From positions 1-48,898 of IMG/VR virus record IMGVR_UViG_3300031622_000002: 48,898 nucleotides of DNA; one strand, written 5' to 3'. This stretch comes from a virus. Made by a program: the position numbers and the translations under genes. The notes beneath the pieces are model-generated. The model worked only from the letters and a program-made list of their open reading frames with translations, was not told where the DNA came from and did not search any database. Of the stretch, positions 6,921 to 15,979 are shown piece by piece. Within the stretch, counting starts at the first letter, position 1, and every line of letters starts with the position of its first letter.

Positions 6921-7889
6921 ATGAATACTGTTCAATCAATGTTTAACAACAACAAATCGATTCAAGCGTTAAGAGATCAAGGCTATGGGTCAGCAGACTT
7001 TGAGGTTGCTGTTGCGCCCTTAAAATATACTGTTGATGAGCAAGGCTATGAAGGCACAGCACCGCAGAGATGTTACAGTAGTTCCAAGTCTGTTATCTAT
7101 CGCACTGATACAGGCGAGGAGTTAGGTGTTGCAGGTCATGGCAGGACAGCACCGCAACCTAGAAAATTAGTTGATAACCTTCGGAATGTTTTGGAGCGTT
7201 CACCTATTGATACTACAGGTATTAAAGAAAGTATACAGACAAGTCACAACGGTTCTAGAATTGCAATTCAAACCACACTACCTGCTTATACTTTTGACAC
7301 ACCCGATGGAGATACGGCATCGCTAAGTTTACTTTGTATATCTTCTTATGATGGATCATGGTTACATATGATGAGTGCCGCCGCGACCCAGTATGCTTGT
7401 ACTAATCTTCAGGTCTTTGTTGGTGGTGAGGTAGCGGTCTATAAGTCTAAGCACACTAGGTCTTTAGACATTGAGATGGGCGGTCGTATAATTAATAAAG
7501 CGTTGGATGTTTTCCACAATGAAAGAGAGCTATGGTTGCAGTGGAATCAAACACAAGTCAGAGACATGGAAGCTTTAAAGTTCTTTGCAGATGCACTGGA
7601 TGTTAAGTTAGAGACAGGTTTTACTTTATTAGACCCTGCCACTGTACTGTCTAGCCTTCCAAGACGTAACGAAAACCTAAACTACATGTGGAATGTATAC
7701 TCCAGTGTATATAAGAAAAGGCTAGGCTCTAACTACTGGGCTGTGTACAATGCTATGACTGATTGGTCAACACACTTTGGTGCTGTTAGAAAATCAAGCG
7801 CGCAGAACATAGCGGCTATACAACACGACAGACAGCAGACTGTACGTAAAGCTGTACGATCTAATTCATTTTTAATGAAGGCGGCATAA
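6921..7889 (+). CDS. DUF932-like (phage/plasmid) protein
   Basis: 322 aa. SHNGSRIAIQ and SSYDGSWLHMMSAAATQYACTNLQV resemble the N(S)HDGS....VC(S/T)N signature recalled for DUF932. Confidence 0.6.
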   Translation: MNTVQSMFNNNKSIQALRDQGYGSADFEVAVAPLKYTVDEQGYEGTAPQRCYSSSKSVIYRTDTGEELGVAGHGRTAPQPRKLVDNLRNVLERSPIDTTGIKESIQTSHNGSRIAIQTTLPAYTFDTPDGDTASLSLLCISSYDGSWLHMMSAAATQYACTNLQVFVGGEVAVYKSKHTRSLDIEMGGRIINKALDVFHNERELWLQWNQTQVRDMEALKFFADALDVKLETGFTLLDPATVLSSLPRRNENLNYMWNVYSSVYKKRLGSNYWAVYNAMTDWSTHFGAVRKSSAQNIAAIQHDRQQTVRKAVRSNSFLMKAA

Positions 7890-7890
7890 C

Positions 7891-8100
7891 ATGACACTAC
7901 AGTTAGGAGAGTACTACTTGAGTTTGGGCTTACGCAATGGCGTAGGCTTAGACTTAGAGTTCACAGACAGTAGACCAGTGTGGGTTACTAGCTCACTAGA
8001 TGACTCACTAAATGCGGCGAGCTTTGAAGGCACAGTGTTGCTCGTACCGTTTATTGTTATTACGTTCGGTAAGATATACATGGAGGGCAGTGATGAGTAA
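7891..8100 (+). CDS. Hypothetical protein
   Basis: 69 aa. Begins 2 nt after the previous stop. Confidence 0.45.
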   Translation: MTLQLGEYYLSLGLRNGVGLDLEFTDSRPVWVTSSLDDSLNAASFEGTVLLVPFIVITFGKIYMEGSDE

Positions 8101-8272
8101 CGCAACACATGGCGGCAAAGGAGATAGACAACGCAAAGTAAATGCGGAGAAGTATAGTTCTAACTTTGATGCTATATTTAAAACTAAATTTAAGGAGTTA
8201 ATAGATGCTAAAAAGAATGACAAGCGTTCTCAGCGAGACAGCCCTATCAATACTGAACGTGATAAGGACTAG
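8093..8272 (+). CDS. Small basic protein with K-Y-x-x-N-F-D-A-I-F motif
   Basis: 59 aa from ATG 8093 (GGAGGG RBS): MSNATHGGKGDRQRKVNAEKYSSNFDAIFKTKFKE... The motif is shared with the 55-aa ORF at 42617..42784. Confidence 0.5.
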   Translation: MSNATHGGKGDRQRKVNAEKYSSNFDAIFKTKFKELIDAKKNDKRSQRDSPINTERDKD

Positions 8273-8393
8273 AGTTATTGAGCAGTACCCTGCGCCGGTG
8301 GCAGGTGTAAGAGTTATAAGGTTCATGGTGATCTGTTCAATAGTATATGTATGTATATTTTGTTTTGTTTTACTACAGAGAGGTGGTGTATGA
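8205..8393 (+). CDS. Possible small hydrophobic protein (overlaps 8093..8272 by 68 nt)
   Basis: 62 aa. AAGGAG RBS 7 nt upstream. C-terminal hydrophobic stretch FMVICSIVYVCIFCFVLL. Conflicts with the neighbouring frame, so it is uncertain which is expressed. Confidence 0.3.
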   Translation: MLKRMTSVLSETALSILNVIRTRVIEQYPAPVAGVRVIRFMVICSIVYVCIFCFVLLQRGGV

Positions 8394-8494
8394 TACACGA
8401 AATAATTTTACTGTTTGTAAGTACATTAACATTAGCAGTTGCAGTTAAGTTGCTATACATTTCAGAGCTTATGATAGACGAGGAGAAGAAGTAA
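8390..8494 (+). CDS. 34-aa single-pass membrane mini-protein
   Basis: MIHEIILLFVSTLTLAVAVKLLYISELMIDEEKK. GAGGTGG RBS. TAATG overlap with the next ORF. Confidence 0.4.
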   Translation: MIHEIILLFVSTLTLAVAVKLLYISELMIDEEKK

Positions 8495-8694
8495 TGTTTG
8501 CAGAGAGTATCTCAGGTAGCCCTAGCCCTGCCGCAATTGCAACAGCTAGAGCCGCGACAGATGTAGTCGATGGTAAGATACCTTTAAGCAGGGCGTGTGC
8601 TATGTATAATGTTAGAGAGCAGACCGTCATACAGTTTATCATTGACAGCACTGAGTACGACACATTGATGAGGAGGAAAGGAGATGAGCTTTGA
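8494..8694 (+). CDS. Hypothetical protein, possible HTH
   Basis: 66 aa. The segment LSRACAMYNVREQTVIQFI is helix-turn-helix-like. Confidence 0.45.
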   Translation: MFAESISGSPSPAAIATARAATDVVDGKIPLSRACAMYNVREQTVIQFIIDSTEYDTLMRRKGDEL

Positions 8695-8785
8695 TCCGCG
8701 TGACCCCGATGAAATTAAAGGGTTGATACTAGCCCTTATATTACTTGCTATCGCTGTTGGTTCAGTGATAAATTCTTTTAATTAA
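8684..8785 (+). CDS. 33-aa membrane mini-protein
   Basis: MSFDPRDPDEIKGLILALILLAIAVGSVINSFN. GAGGAGGAAAGGAG precedes the ATG. Confidence 0.4.
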   Translation: MSFDPRDPDEIKGLILALILLAIAVGSVINSFN

Positions 8786-8790
8786 AAGTG

Positions 8791-8819
8791 TTGACAACAA
8801 TTAACAATCGTGGTATACT
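8791..8819 (+). promoter_or_regulatory. Sigma70 promoter with extended -10 (replication module)
   Basis: gtgTTGACAac (-35 at 8791..8796), a 17-nt spacer, then TGgTATACT (-10 at 8814..8819). Same flanks as the promoter at 6855. Confidence 0.7.
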
Positions 8820-8855
8820 CCACGCTCAATTTTAAAACCACAAGAGGAAAGTAAC

Positions 8856-9290
8856 ATGGCTATACTAGAAGGCTCAGCATACTGGGCGGCAGTGACTACA
8901 CCTAACACGACCTTTGAACCTACGTACTCAGTCAACCTAGTTGTTGATGAAGCGACTGCGGCAGACTTCAAGGCTCGTGGATTTAACATCAAGCAGATGG
9001 AAGAAGGCCCATCAATCTTGATTAAGCGTAAGGTCGAAGGGCCAAACGGAATGGTGCGACAAGCTCCTAAGCTGATCGACCAGTTCAAGAAGCCCTTAGA
9101 CGCTCGTGTAGGTAACGGCTCTACCGTGAAGGTACAGTACAACGAGTGGGAAACCACTAACAAGTATGGAAGTTTTAAAGGCTTAGACTTCCAAGCTATG
9201 CAGGTTCTTAATCTCGTAGAGGTAGGGACTCCTGATGGCGAGGAGCTTGGCATGACCACCGAAGAGTACACAATGGAGGATGAATTATAA
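8856..9290 (+). CDS. Single-stranded DNA-binding protein, T7 gp2.5-like
   Basis: 144 aa. Sits immediately upstream of the primase-helicase and polymerase genes. Acidic C-terminal tail TTEEYTMEDEL. The N-terminal pattern resembles gp2.5/DUF2815-type SSBs (recollection). Confidence 0.6.
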   Translation: MAILEGSAYWAAVTTPNTTFEPTYSVNLVVDEATAADFKARGFNIKQMEEGPSILIKRKVEGPNGMVRQAPKLIDQFKKPLDARVGNGSTVKVQYNEWETTNKYGSFKGLDFQAMQVLNLVEVGTPDGEELGMTTEEYTMEDEL

Positions 9291-9517
9291 TGGCGATAGT
9301 AACAGTAGACGATGTTAAGTATGAGTCAGACCTGATCTCAGTTGAGGGACGGTCTATACTGGCTCACTTAATGGAGGCAGACAAGAGTTTGAGAGAAGCT
9401 TCAATGACTGTGGGTTTGATGCAAGCCGCGACAGTCGCACTGATGACTGATCTTAAATCAAACCACCTCACGGATGAGGCACTAGCAACAGAGGAAGTTG
9501 AAGCAACTGAGGAGTAA
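9290..9517 (+). CDS. Hypothetical acidic protein
   Basis: 75 aa. TAATG overlap with the upstream ORF. Acidic C-terminus EALATEEVEATEE. Confidence 0.5.
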   Translation: MAIVTVDDVKYESDLISVEGRSILAHLMEADKSLREASMTVGLMQAATVALMTDLKSNHLTDEALATEEVEATEE

Positions 9518-9522
9518 GGCGA

Positions 9523-11208
9523 ATGCCTTTTGTACTGCATAAGCAACCATGTACTTTATGCGGAGGGAGCGACCCAGTATCGGTTAACGATAACGGTACT
9601 GGGTGGTGCTTCACTTGCGTTAAAGCAATACCAAACTACAGCACATCGGAAGTGCAACTAACTGATACCGTAACGGACTTTGGAGTGTATCAAAGGAACA
9701 GCAAGATGGAAGACCTATCAACAGGAGCGACAGATCATGGCGCAACATTCAATGCGCTAACTGACCGCAAGATAAGCAGAGACACCGCCAAGAAGTATGG
9801 CGTTAAATCCACCACCATCAACGGCAACATCGACAAGCATTACTACCCTTACTACAACGGCCACGAGTTCTCATGCAACAAGGTACGCCTACAAAACAAA
9901 GACTTTGCGTGGACAAGTTCCCCAAAAGAAGTAGGTTTGTTTGGTGAGAATCTCTTCAAGGCAGGTGGTAAGTTTATAACCTTGACCGAAGGCGAGTGCG
10001 ATGCGATGTCCGCTTATGAACTTATGGGTAGCAAGTGGCCTGTAGTTTCTATCAGGTCTGGTGCGGCAGGAGGTGTCGGAGATGTTAAGAAAAGTCTTGA
10101 GTACTTGGAAAGCTATGAAAATATTATCATCAATATGGACAACGACAAGCACGGTAAAGAAGCGGCACTCCTAATTGCTAAGCTTCTGACTCCGGGAAAA
10201 GCTAAGATAATGACAATGCCTGTAGACTTTAAAGACGCTAACGATATGTTACGTCAAGGCAAGCATAGCACATACGTCAGTGCTTTCTGGGATGCTAAAG
10301 TCTATACACCTTCAGGGGTTTTGAATCTCTCTGATCAGTTTGAAGCGTATCAGAAACTACGTACAGAAAAGAAAACAGCTATCCCTTATCCTTGGGGCGG
10401 CCTCAATACTAAGCTAGAAGGCATGAGAGCAGGTGAACTGATAACACTTACTGGTGGCACAGGTCTAGGTAAGTCCTCTGTTACTCGTGAGATTGAACAC
10501 TGGTTGATCAACAACACGGAAGATAACGTAGGTGTCATAGCCCTTGAGGAGAACTGGGGGCGTACTGCGGAAGGCATCATGGCTGTAGAGGCTAACGCTA
10601 AGCTACACCTTGATAGTGTTAAGGCAACGTACACCGACGAGCAGATGGATGGGTTCTATAAGAAAGTCTTTATGGGTGACAACGACGGGCGTGTATGGAT
10701 ACACAGTCACCACGGTATCACTAACATCGACGAAATCTTTAGCAAGCTACGCTACATGATCATCGGCCTAGATTGTAAATGGATTGTGCTAGATCACTTA
10801 CACATGCTAGTGCTGAGTGCGCTTGAGAACGACGAGCGTAAATCAATCGACAGTATCATGCATCGGTTACGCACTATGGTAGAGGAGACAGGGTGTGGTA
10901 TGGTTCTAGTCTCTCACTTACGTAGAGTGGACGGCAACACCGGACATGAGAACGGAATTGAAACAGGACTAAATCATCTCCGTGGGTCACAAAGTATTGC
11001 TCAGTTATCAGACTGCGTGATTTCTTTAGAGCGTAATCAACAGAGTGATGATGCTATTGAAGCCTCGACCACTAAGGTCAGAGTGTTGAAGTCTCGCTAC
11101 ACTGGCAACACTGGTGTCGCTTGTAGTCTACTGTACGATGATTGTACTGGTAGGCTGAGAGAGCTAGACGCTTACGATGAGTCGCAGTTCAACGGAGATA
11201 TTATATGA
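9523..11208 (+). CDS. Bifunctional DNA primase/helicase (T7 gp4-like)
   Basis: 561 aa. Zn finger CTLCGGS..CFTC, TOPRIM motifs TEGECDAMS and NMDNDKHG, helicase Walker A GGTGLGKSS and Walker B WIVLDHL. Confidence 0.92.
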   Translation: MPFVLHKQPCTLCGGSDPVSVNDNGTGWCFTCVKAIPNYSTSEVQLTDTVTDFGVYQRNSKMEDLSTGATDHGATFNALTDRKISRDTAKKYGVKSTTINGNIDKHYYPYYNGHEFSCNKVRLQNKDFAWTSSPKEVGLFGENLFKAGGKFITLTEGECDAMSAYELMGSKWPVVSIRSGAAGGVGDVKKSLEYLESYENIIINMDNDKHGKEAALLIAKLLTPGKAKIMTMPVDFKDANDMLRQGKHSTYVSAFWDAKVYTPSGVLNLSDQFEAYQKLRTEKKTAIPYPWGGLNTKLEGMRAGELITLTGGTGLGKSSVTREIEHWLINNTEDNVGVIALEENWGRTAEGIMAVEANAKLHLDSVKATYTDEQMDGFYKKVFMGDNDGRVWIHSHHGITNIDEIFSKLRYMIIGLDCKWIVLDHLHMLVLSALENDERKSIDSIMHRLRTMVEETGCGMVLVSHLRRVDGNTGHENGIETGLNHLRGSQSIAQLSDCVISLERNQQSDDAIEASTTKVRVLKSRYTGNTGVACSLLYDDCTGRLRELDAYDESQFNGDII

Positions 11209-12977
11209 GTAGCTTAGTATTTGATATAGAAGCAGACGGCTTAGACCCCACGAAGATACACTGTATCGTGGCACAAGACGTTGATACTATGGACGTATTC
11301 ACGTTCGACAACACACAGTTAGAGCAAGGTTATGGCCTACTACGATCTGCAACTAAACTGATCGGTCACAACTTGATAGGCTATGACATCCCTGCTATTA
11401 AAAAGATTTCAGGCATTGATCTGTTCGACAAGAAGATCGTTGATACACTCGTACTGTCACGCCTCTTCAAGCCAACACGCGAAGGTAACCACGGCCTTGA
11501 GGGTTGGGGCTATCGCTTGGGTTTCAGGAAGGGTGACTTTGGAAAGCAAGATGATGCGTGGGATGAGTATACGCCTGAGATGTTAGAGTACTGCAAGAAC
11601 GATGTACTGCTGAACACTAAAGTGTACGAGGCTTTGAAGGTTGAGAGCCGTGGGTTCACTCCAGAGTCAGTACAGATAGAACATGCAGTAGCTAAGATCA
11701 TTGATCAGCAACGCACCAATGGTTTTGTGTTGGATGTTAAGAAGGTCATGGGCTTGATGGCTATGTTTGAAACTAAGCTACATGACTTAGAGCAAGAGGT
11801 TCACGAGGAGTTCCGGCCTGTAGTTACCACACAGATACTGACACCTAAGTATACAGCGTTAGGTCACGTAGCTAAGACAGCAACAGACCAACACGGCAAG
11901 GGTACTAGGCTGACAGATGACGAGTATGAAAGACTGTCTTTAGATATAGAAGGCAAGCCCATTGCACGTAAAACTGAAACACCTTTTAACTTAGGCTCAC
12001 GTAAACAAATCGGTGAGTATCTAATTCGTTTTGGTTGGAAGCCTTTGAAACATACGCCAACAGGTCAGCCGATTGTGGATGAGGGAACTTTAAATAAAGT
12101 TAGAGGGATTCCACAGGCCGCAATGATTGCTAGGTATCTTATGTTGCAGAAACGCTTGGCTCAGACTAAGAGTTGGATCAAGGAGCTTGACGATACTACA
12201 GGCAGGGTACACGGTTACGTTAATCCTAATGGCGCAGTGACATCGCGCATGACACATAGCCACCCCAACATGGCTCAGATTCCAAGTAGTTCGTCGCCAT
12301 ACGGCGAAGATTGCAGAGCTTGTTGGACAGTGCCGGAGGACTATAGGCTTGTAGGTATTGATGCTTCTGGTCTAGAACTTAGAATGCTTGCACACTATTT
12401 AAACGACGAGGGATACACTAATGAAATTCTCAACGGAGACATACACACCGCTAATCAAAACCTTGCAGGACTTGAATCAAGAGATCAGGCAAAGACTTTC
12501 ATCTATGCCCTACTCTACGGGGCAGGAGATGCTAAGCTTGGGTCTGTGGTTGGAAGAGGTAGAGCGCACGGTAAAGGACTTAGACAACGCTTCTTTGATG
12601 GTCTACCATCATTTAAGAACCTTACGGACAGAGTACAAAGAGAAGCTAAAAGCGGATTCCTTAAAGCACTAGACGGACGTAGGCTCACAGTACGCTCTGA
12701 ACACGCCGCCTTGAACACCTTGCTACAGGGTGCAGGAGCAATCGTGATGAAGAAAGCTTTAATTATCTTGAACGATAAGATAATTAAACATGGTTGGGAC
12801 GCTAAGTTTGTAGCCAATGTACACGACGAATGGCAGATAGAGTGTCACCTTGATGACGCAGTAGATGTAGGCAATGCCGGAGTCCACGCTATTAGAGAGG
12901 CGGGATGTATGCTTAACTTAAACTGTCCACTGGACGGAGACTATAAAGTCGGGGAGAACTGGAGTGAAACACATTAA
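11205..12977 (+). CDS. Family A DNA polymerase with 3'-5' exonuclease
   Basis: 590 aa. Exo motifs VFDIEADGL, HNLIGYDIP and YCKNDV. Pol motifs DASGLELRMLAHY (A), RDQAKTFIYALLYGAG (B) and NVHDEWQ (C). Confidence 0.95.
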   Translation: MSSLVFDIEADGLDPTKIHCIVAQDVDTMDVFTFDNTQLEQGYGLLRSATKLIGHNLIGYDIPAIKKISGIDLFDKKIVDTLVLSRLFKPTREGNHGLEGWGYRLGFRKGDFGKQDDAWDEYTPEMLEYCKNDVLLNTKVYEALKVESRGFTPESVQIEHAVAKIIDQQRTNGFVLDVKKVMGLMAMFETKLHDLEQEVHEEFRPVVTTQILTPKYTALGHVAKTATDQHGKGTRLTDDEYERLSLDIEGKPIARKTETPFNLGSRKQIGEYLIRFGWKPLKHTPTGQPIVDEGTLNKVRGIPQAAMIARYLMLQKRLAQTKSWIKELDDTTGRVHGYVNPNGAVTSRMTHSHPNMAQIPSSSSPYGEDCRACWTVPEDYRLVGIDASGLELRMLAHYLNDEGYTNEILNGDIHTANQNLAGLESRDQAKTFIYALLYGAGDAKLGSVVGRGRAHGKGLRQRFFDGLPSFKNLTDRVQREAKSGFLKALDGRRLTVRSEHAALNTLLQGAGAIVMKKALIILNDKIIKHGWDAKFVANVHDEWQIECHLDDAVDVGNAGVHAIREAGCMLNLNCPLDGDYKVGENWSETH

Positions 12978-13257
12978 ACCTAAAGTAGTGGAGCTTCAAA
13001 ACTATGTCCATCTTAAATATAATACTTCTAGGGGCGGCCTCTTCAGGCTCCCCAGAGGAAAATCACCCATGACTGTTATACGAGTAGTACAACACAATGA
13101 AATTGTTTTGATAGAGTGTATATACTTAGTGTCAGGTCGGGTAACAGTACACACCGGAGACAAAGAAGTAGTTCCACTAAAGCTCGAAACTTTTGAGGAC
13201 GATAATGAGTACAAAATAATTGACACTGAGGGATACTATAATGAAACTTACTACTAA
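12964..13257 (+). CDS. Hypothetical protein (start uncertain: GTG 12964 or ATG 13069)
   Basis: 97-aa ORF. The internal ATG at 13069 has an AGAGGAAAA RBS. Confidence 0.4.
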   Translation: MKHIKPKVVELQNYVHLKYNTSRGGLFRLPRGKSPMTVIRVVQHNEIVLIECIYLVSGRVTVHTGDKEVVPLKLETFEDDNEYKIIDTEGYYNETYY

Positions 13258-13720
13258 AAACTGTAATCGTTGTGAGCAGATACTAGACGAACATACTTGG
13301 TATCCTGCTAACATTAAGAAGTCTAATTATATATGTAACACTTGCGATACAATTAAACGTAGAACCAACAGGCTAAAAAGAACAGCGCGTGATATTGGTG
13401 ATGTTGCAAAGCGTAACTACAGTGGGATTAAAAAGGGCTACGTATACATTGTATCTAATCCTGCTTGGGAGGGGTGGTTTAAAGTGGGCATGGCTTTAGA
13501 TGCTTACGATAGATGTGCAAGCTATCAAACCTCTTCACCCTTTAGAGATTATAAGGTAGAATACTGTAAGTTCTTTAAGAATAGAAAAGAAGCTGAAGGC
13601 ATAGTTCATGGGATATTGAAGGCCAATGACACGCCACACTCAGGCGAGTGGTTCAACGAAGACTTAAAGATTATACAAAATGTAATTAAAAACATAGAAG
13701 GCGAACAGCATGAAGCTTGA
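13241..13720 (+). CDS. T5orf172 / GIY-YIG-superfamily domain protein with N-terminal zinc finger (homing-endonuclease-like)
   Basis: 159 aa from ATG 13241 (GAGGGA RBS). CNRC..(x20)..CNTC finger. GYVYIVSNPAWEGWFKVGMALDAYDRCASYQTSSP matches the GxVYI...KIG...R...YQT pattern recalled for T5orf172. Confidence 0.6.
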   Translation: MKLTTKNCNRCEQILDEHTWYPANIKKSNYICNTCDTIKRRTNRLKRTARDIGDVAKRNYSGIKKGYVYIVSNPAWEGWFKVGMALDAYDRCASYQTSSPFRDYKVEYCKFFKNRKEAEGIVHGILKANDTPHSGEWFNEDLKIIQNVIKNIEGEQHEA

Positions 13721-14567
13721 TACTCTAGTACCTGACATCTATAGTCACTTAGAAAAACTATCAGACGGCACACCGTTACCTCTCACAGAAGAAGAGATTG
13801 ATAAGACCTTGGTGGGCATGAGAGAAGCATTAGTATCTTGGTCAACACCTAGAGAGCGTGACACTACCTTCACTGTGCGTATGTCTAACGTAGGTAAACC
13901 CTCACGGCAGTTGTGGTATGAGAAGCGTGACCCTAAAGGTCGTGGCGGTATTGATGGCGCAACACAGATCAAGTTCTTGTACGGCCACTTGCTTGAAGAG
14001 ATTGTGTTGATGCTTGTACGCATGGCAGGACACAAAGTAACAGACGAGCAGAAAGAAGTTACAGTTGATGGCATCGTGGGTCACATGGACTGCAAGATAA
14101 ACGGTGAAGTGGTTGATGTTAAGACTGCCTCTCGCTTTGCATTCAACAAGTTCAAGGACGGACGCTTAGCAGAAGACGATCCTTTCGGATACCTTGGTCA
14201 GCTTGCAGGTTACGAAGCCGCAGAAGGTACAGACAACGGTGGCTTCTTGGTGTTGAACAAAGAGAGCGGTGAGTTGTGCATGTACGTGCCTGATGATATG
14301 GATAAGCCTAACATCAAAGCATCTATCAGTGAGCTTTTACCTGCATTAGACCTTGACACACCGCCTGAATTATGTTATACTCCCATCCCTGATGGCAAGA
14401 AAGGTAACATGAAATTGCCCAAGGGTTGTAGTTGGTGTAAGTATAAGTACGAATGCTACAAAGATTCTAATGACGGTGAAGGTCTACGTACCTTTAGATA
14501 CTCAAATGGCCTAACGCACCTGACAAATGTTGTGGTCGAACCCAAGGTAGAGGAACTTCTATTATGA
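13710..14567 (+). CDS. PD-(D/E)XK exonuclease, Cas4-like Cys cluster
   Basis: 285 aa. HMDCKINGEVVDVKT supplies the D..(E/D)xK core. C-terminal CSWCKYKYEC cluster. Sits in the replication module. Confidence 0.55.
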   Translation: MKLDTLVPDIYSHLEKLSDGTPLPLTEEEIDKTLVGMREALVSWSTPRERDTTFTVRMSNVGKPSRQLWYEKRDPKGRGGIDGATQIKFLYGHLLEEIVLMLVRMAGHKVTDEQKEVTVDGIVGHMDCKINGEVVDVKTASRFAFNKFKDGRLAEDDPFGYLGQLAGYEAAEGTDNGGFLVLNKESGELCMYVPDDMDKPNIKASISELLPALDLDTPPELCYTPIPDGKKGNMKLPKGCSWCKYKYECYKDSNDGEGLRTFRYSNGLTHLTNVVVEPKVEELLL

Positions 14568-14833
14568 ATGGCAAGAAAGCTAAGCGGATTAGGAAGCACT
14601 CAGGAGTTATCATAGTTGATTGGCTACGGTCTTTACTCAGTGACGAAGAGGGCAAAGGTGTTACGGTTGATAACTACAAAAACTTTATGCCTACGCAGAC
14701 GCACTACATGGCAAACAGAACTATGCATCTCAACGCTTACCACCCCAAGTGGATACGCAATAAGATACAGCGACTGATGAGAAACAATCCTAAGCGTGTA
14801 CTGGAAGAGATTACTTTAGAGGACATCAAATGA
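14564..14833 (+). CDS. Hypothetical basic protein
   Basis: 89 aa. ATGA overlap with the upstream ORF. Confidence 0.5.
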   Translation: MNGKKAKRIRKHSGVIIVDWLRSLLSDEEGKGVTVDNYKNFMPTQTHYMANRTMHLNAYHPKWIRNKIQRLMRNNPKRVLEEITLEDIK

Positions 14834-14976
14834 GTATCGAAGAGATGATCATAGCTACAGGCAGTTTCTTATACAACTCAGGCAACTCCATTACAGATAT
14901 TGATGATGAGTTTCTTTCTGACTTACGTCTAGTAATAGACGCAGAGCTAGAGCGCAGAGGGGCAACCGTCCATTGA
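14830..14976 (+). CDS. 48-aa acidic mini-protein
   Basis: MSIEEMIIATGSFLYNSGNSITDIDDEFLSDLRLVIDAELERRGATVH. ATGA overlap upstream; its TGA overlaps the TTG start of the next gene. Confidence 0.35.
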   Translation: MSIEEMIIATGSFLYNSGNSITDIDDEFLSDLRLVIDAELERRGATVH

Positions 14977-15440
14977 ACAAGATCAAGAAGGGCTATCGCA
15001 AAGCTAGAGTCAAGCGGCCAGTAGAAAAAGACTTGGTTAAGGGTTACGACTCCAACTGGGAATACGAGCTACACACAGGCATCTTAGACAACTGGAGTTT
15101 TCACACCGATAAAGTCCCATACACTGTTGAACACAACTACCACCCAGATTTTATACGCGAGGTTGAAGGCAAGAAGATTTTGCTTGAAGCTAAAGGTAGG
15201 TTCTGGGACTACGCAGAGTTCAGTAAATACATCTGGATTAGTAAGACACTGCCAGAAGATACGGAGCTAGTGTTTCTTTTTGCCAACCCCAGTGCGCCGA
15301 TGCCACAGGCTAAGCGTAGAAAGGACGGCACTAAAAGAAGCCACGGTGAGTGGGCAAGCGCTAACGACTTCCGTTGGTTTAGTGAAGATAGTATTCCTGA
15401 TAGTTGGATCAACCCAAAGAAGAGGGAGAGTTTTGACTGA
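14973..15440 (+). CDS. Endodeoxyribonuclease I / Holliday-junction resolvase (T7 gp3-like)
   Basis: 155 aa (TTG start). YHPDFIREVEGKKILLEAKGRFWDYAEFSKY...ELVFLF parallels T7 endo I YTPDFLLPNGIFVETKGLWESDDRKKH...IRIVFS. Confidence 0.8.
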   Translation: MNKIKKGYRKARVKRPVEKDLVKGYDSNWEYELHTGILDNWSFHTDKVPYTVEHNYHPDFIREVEGKKILLEAKGRFWDYAEFSKYIWISKTLPEDTELVFLFANPSAPMPQAKRRKDGTKRSHGEWASANDFRWFSEDSIPDSWINPKKRESFD

Positions 15441-15571
15441 CTTCAACCGCAAAGACGAGAGGCGCGATAGGTTTGAAAGGAAGAAGAAGTTCAAGAAGAT
15501 TAGTTCTTCTTCTAAATTAAAAGATACTAAGCGCAAAGAACCTAAACTTATTATACATACAGAGGTAGAAC

Positions 15572-15979
15572 ATGGGACTCAATGACGCAACACCCTCAGA
15601 TTGGGACAGAGTACGTAGAGAACACCCTGCTATTGAGAAAGACTCCATAGACTATAAGCCATACATCGACATGGCTATGCAAGAAGCACATGCATATGAA
15701 CACGAAGAAGCCATACGCAAAGCTTTACAAGACCTTGCAACTAAACAGACTGTGGCTGAAGATGTCGTCAATAGCCCAAGCCATTACAACAGCGGTGGCA
15801 TAGAGTGCATACAAGCTATTGAGGCAAGCATGGAGCCTGAAGCATTCCAAGGTTACTTAAAGGGCAACACTTTGAAATACATTTGGAGGATGTCCTATAA
15901 GAAAAAAGCTTTAGAGGACTGCAAGAAAGCGCAGTGGTACTTAAATAAATTAATCAGCACACTAGAGGACAAAACATAA
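15572..15979 (+). CDS. DUF3310-family protein (family of T7 gp1.7)
   Basis: 135 aa. SPSHYNSGGIECIQAIEA...FQGYLKGNTLKYIWRMSYKKKALEDCKKAQWYLNKL matches the DUF3310 signature as recalled. Confidence 0.7.
   Translation: MGLNDATPSDWDRVRREHPAIEKDSIDYKPYIDMAMQEAHAYEHEEAIRKALQDLATKQTVAEDVVNSPSHYNSGGIECIQAIEASMEPEAFQGYLKGNTLKYIWRMSYKKKALEDCKKAQWYLNKLISTLEDKT

Noticed and set aside
8012-8092. N-terminal extension of the 86-aa ORF 8012..8272
   Set aside because: It overlaps 7891..8100 almost entirely. The ATG at 8093 has a GGAGGG site and gives the conserved-motif protein.
8801-9271. 156-aa ORF antisense to the SSB gene
   Set aside because: It is fully embedded antisense in a well-supported gene, is Ser/Pro/Leu-rich, and has no SD.
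15280-15585. 101-aa alternative-frame ORF overlapping the end of endonuclease I and filling the 15441..15571 gap (possible frameshift extension)
   Set aside because: There is no ATG or SD in the gap and no slippery sequence that I could identify. The basic tail could be chance. It is left as unannotated spacer.
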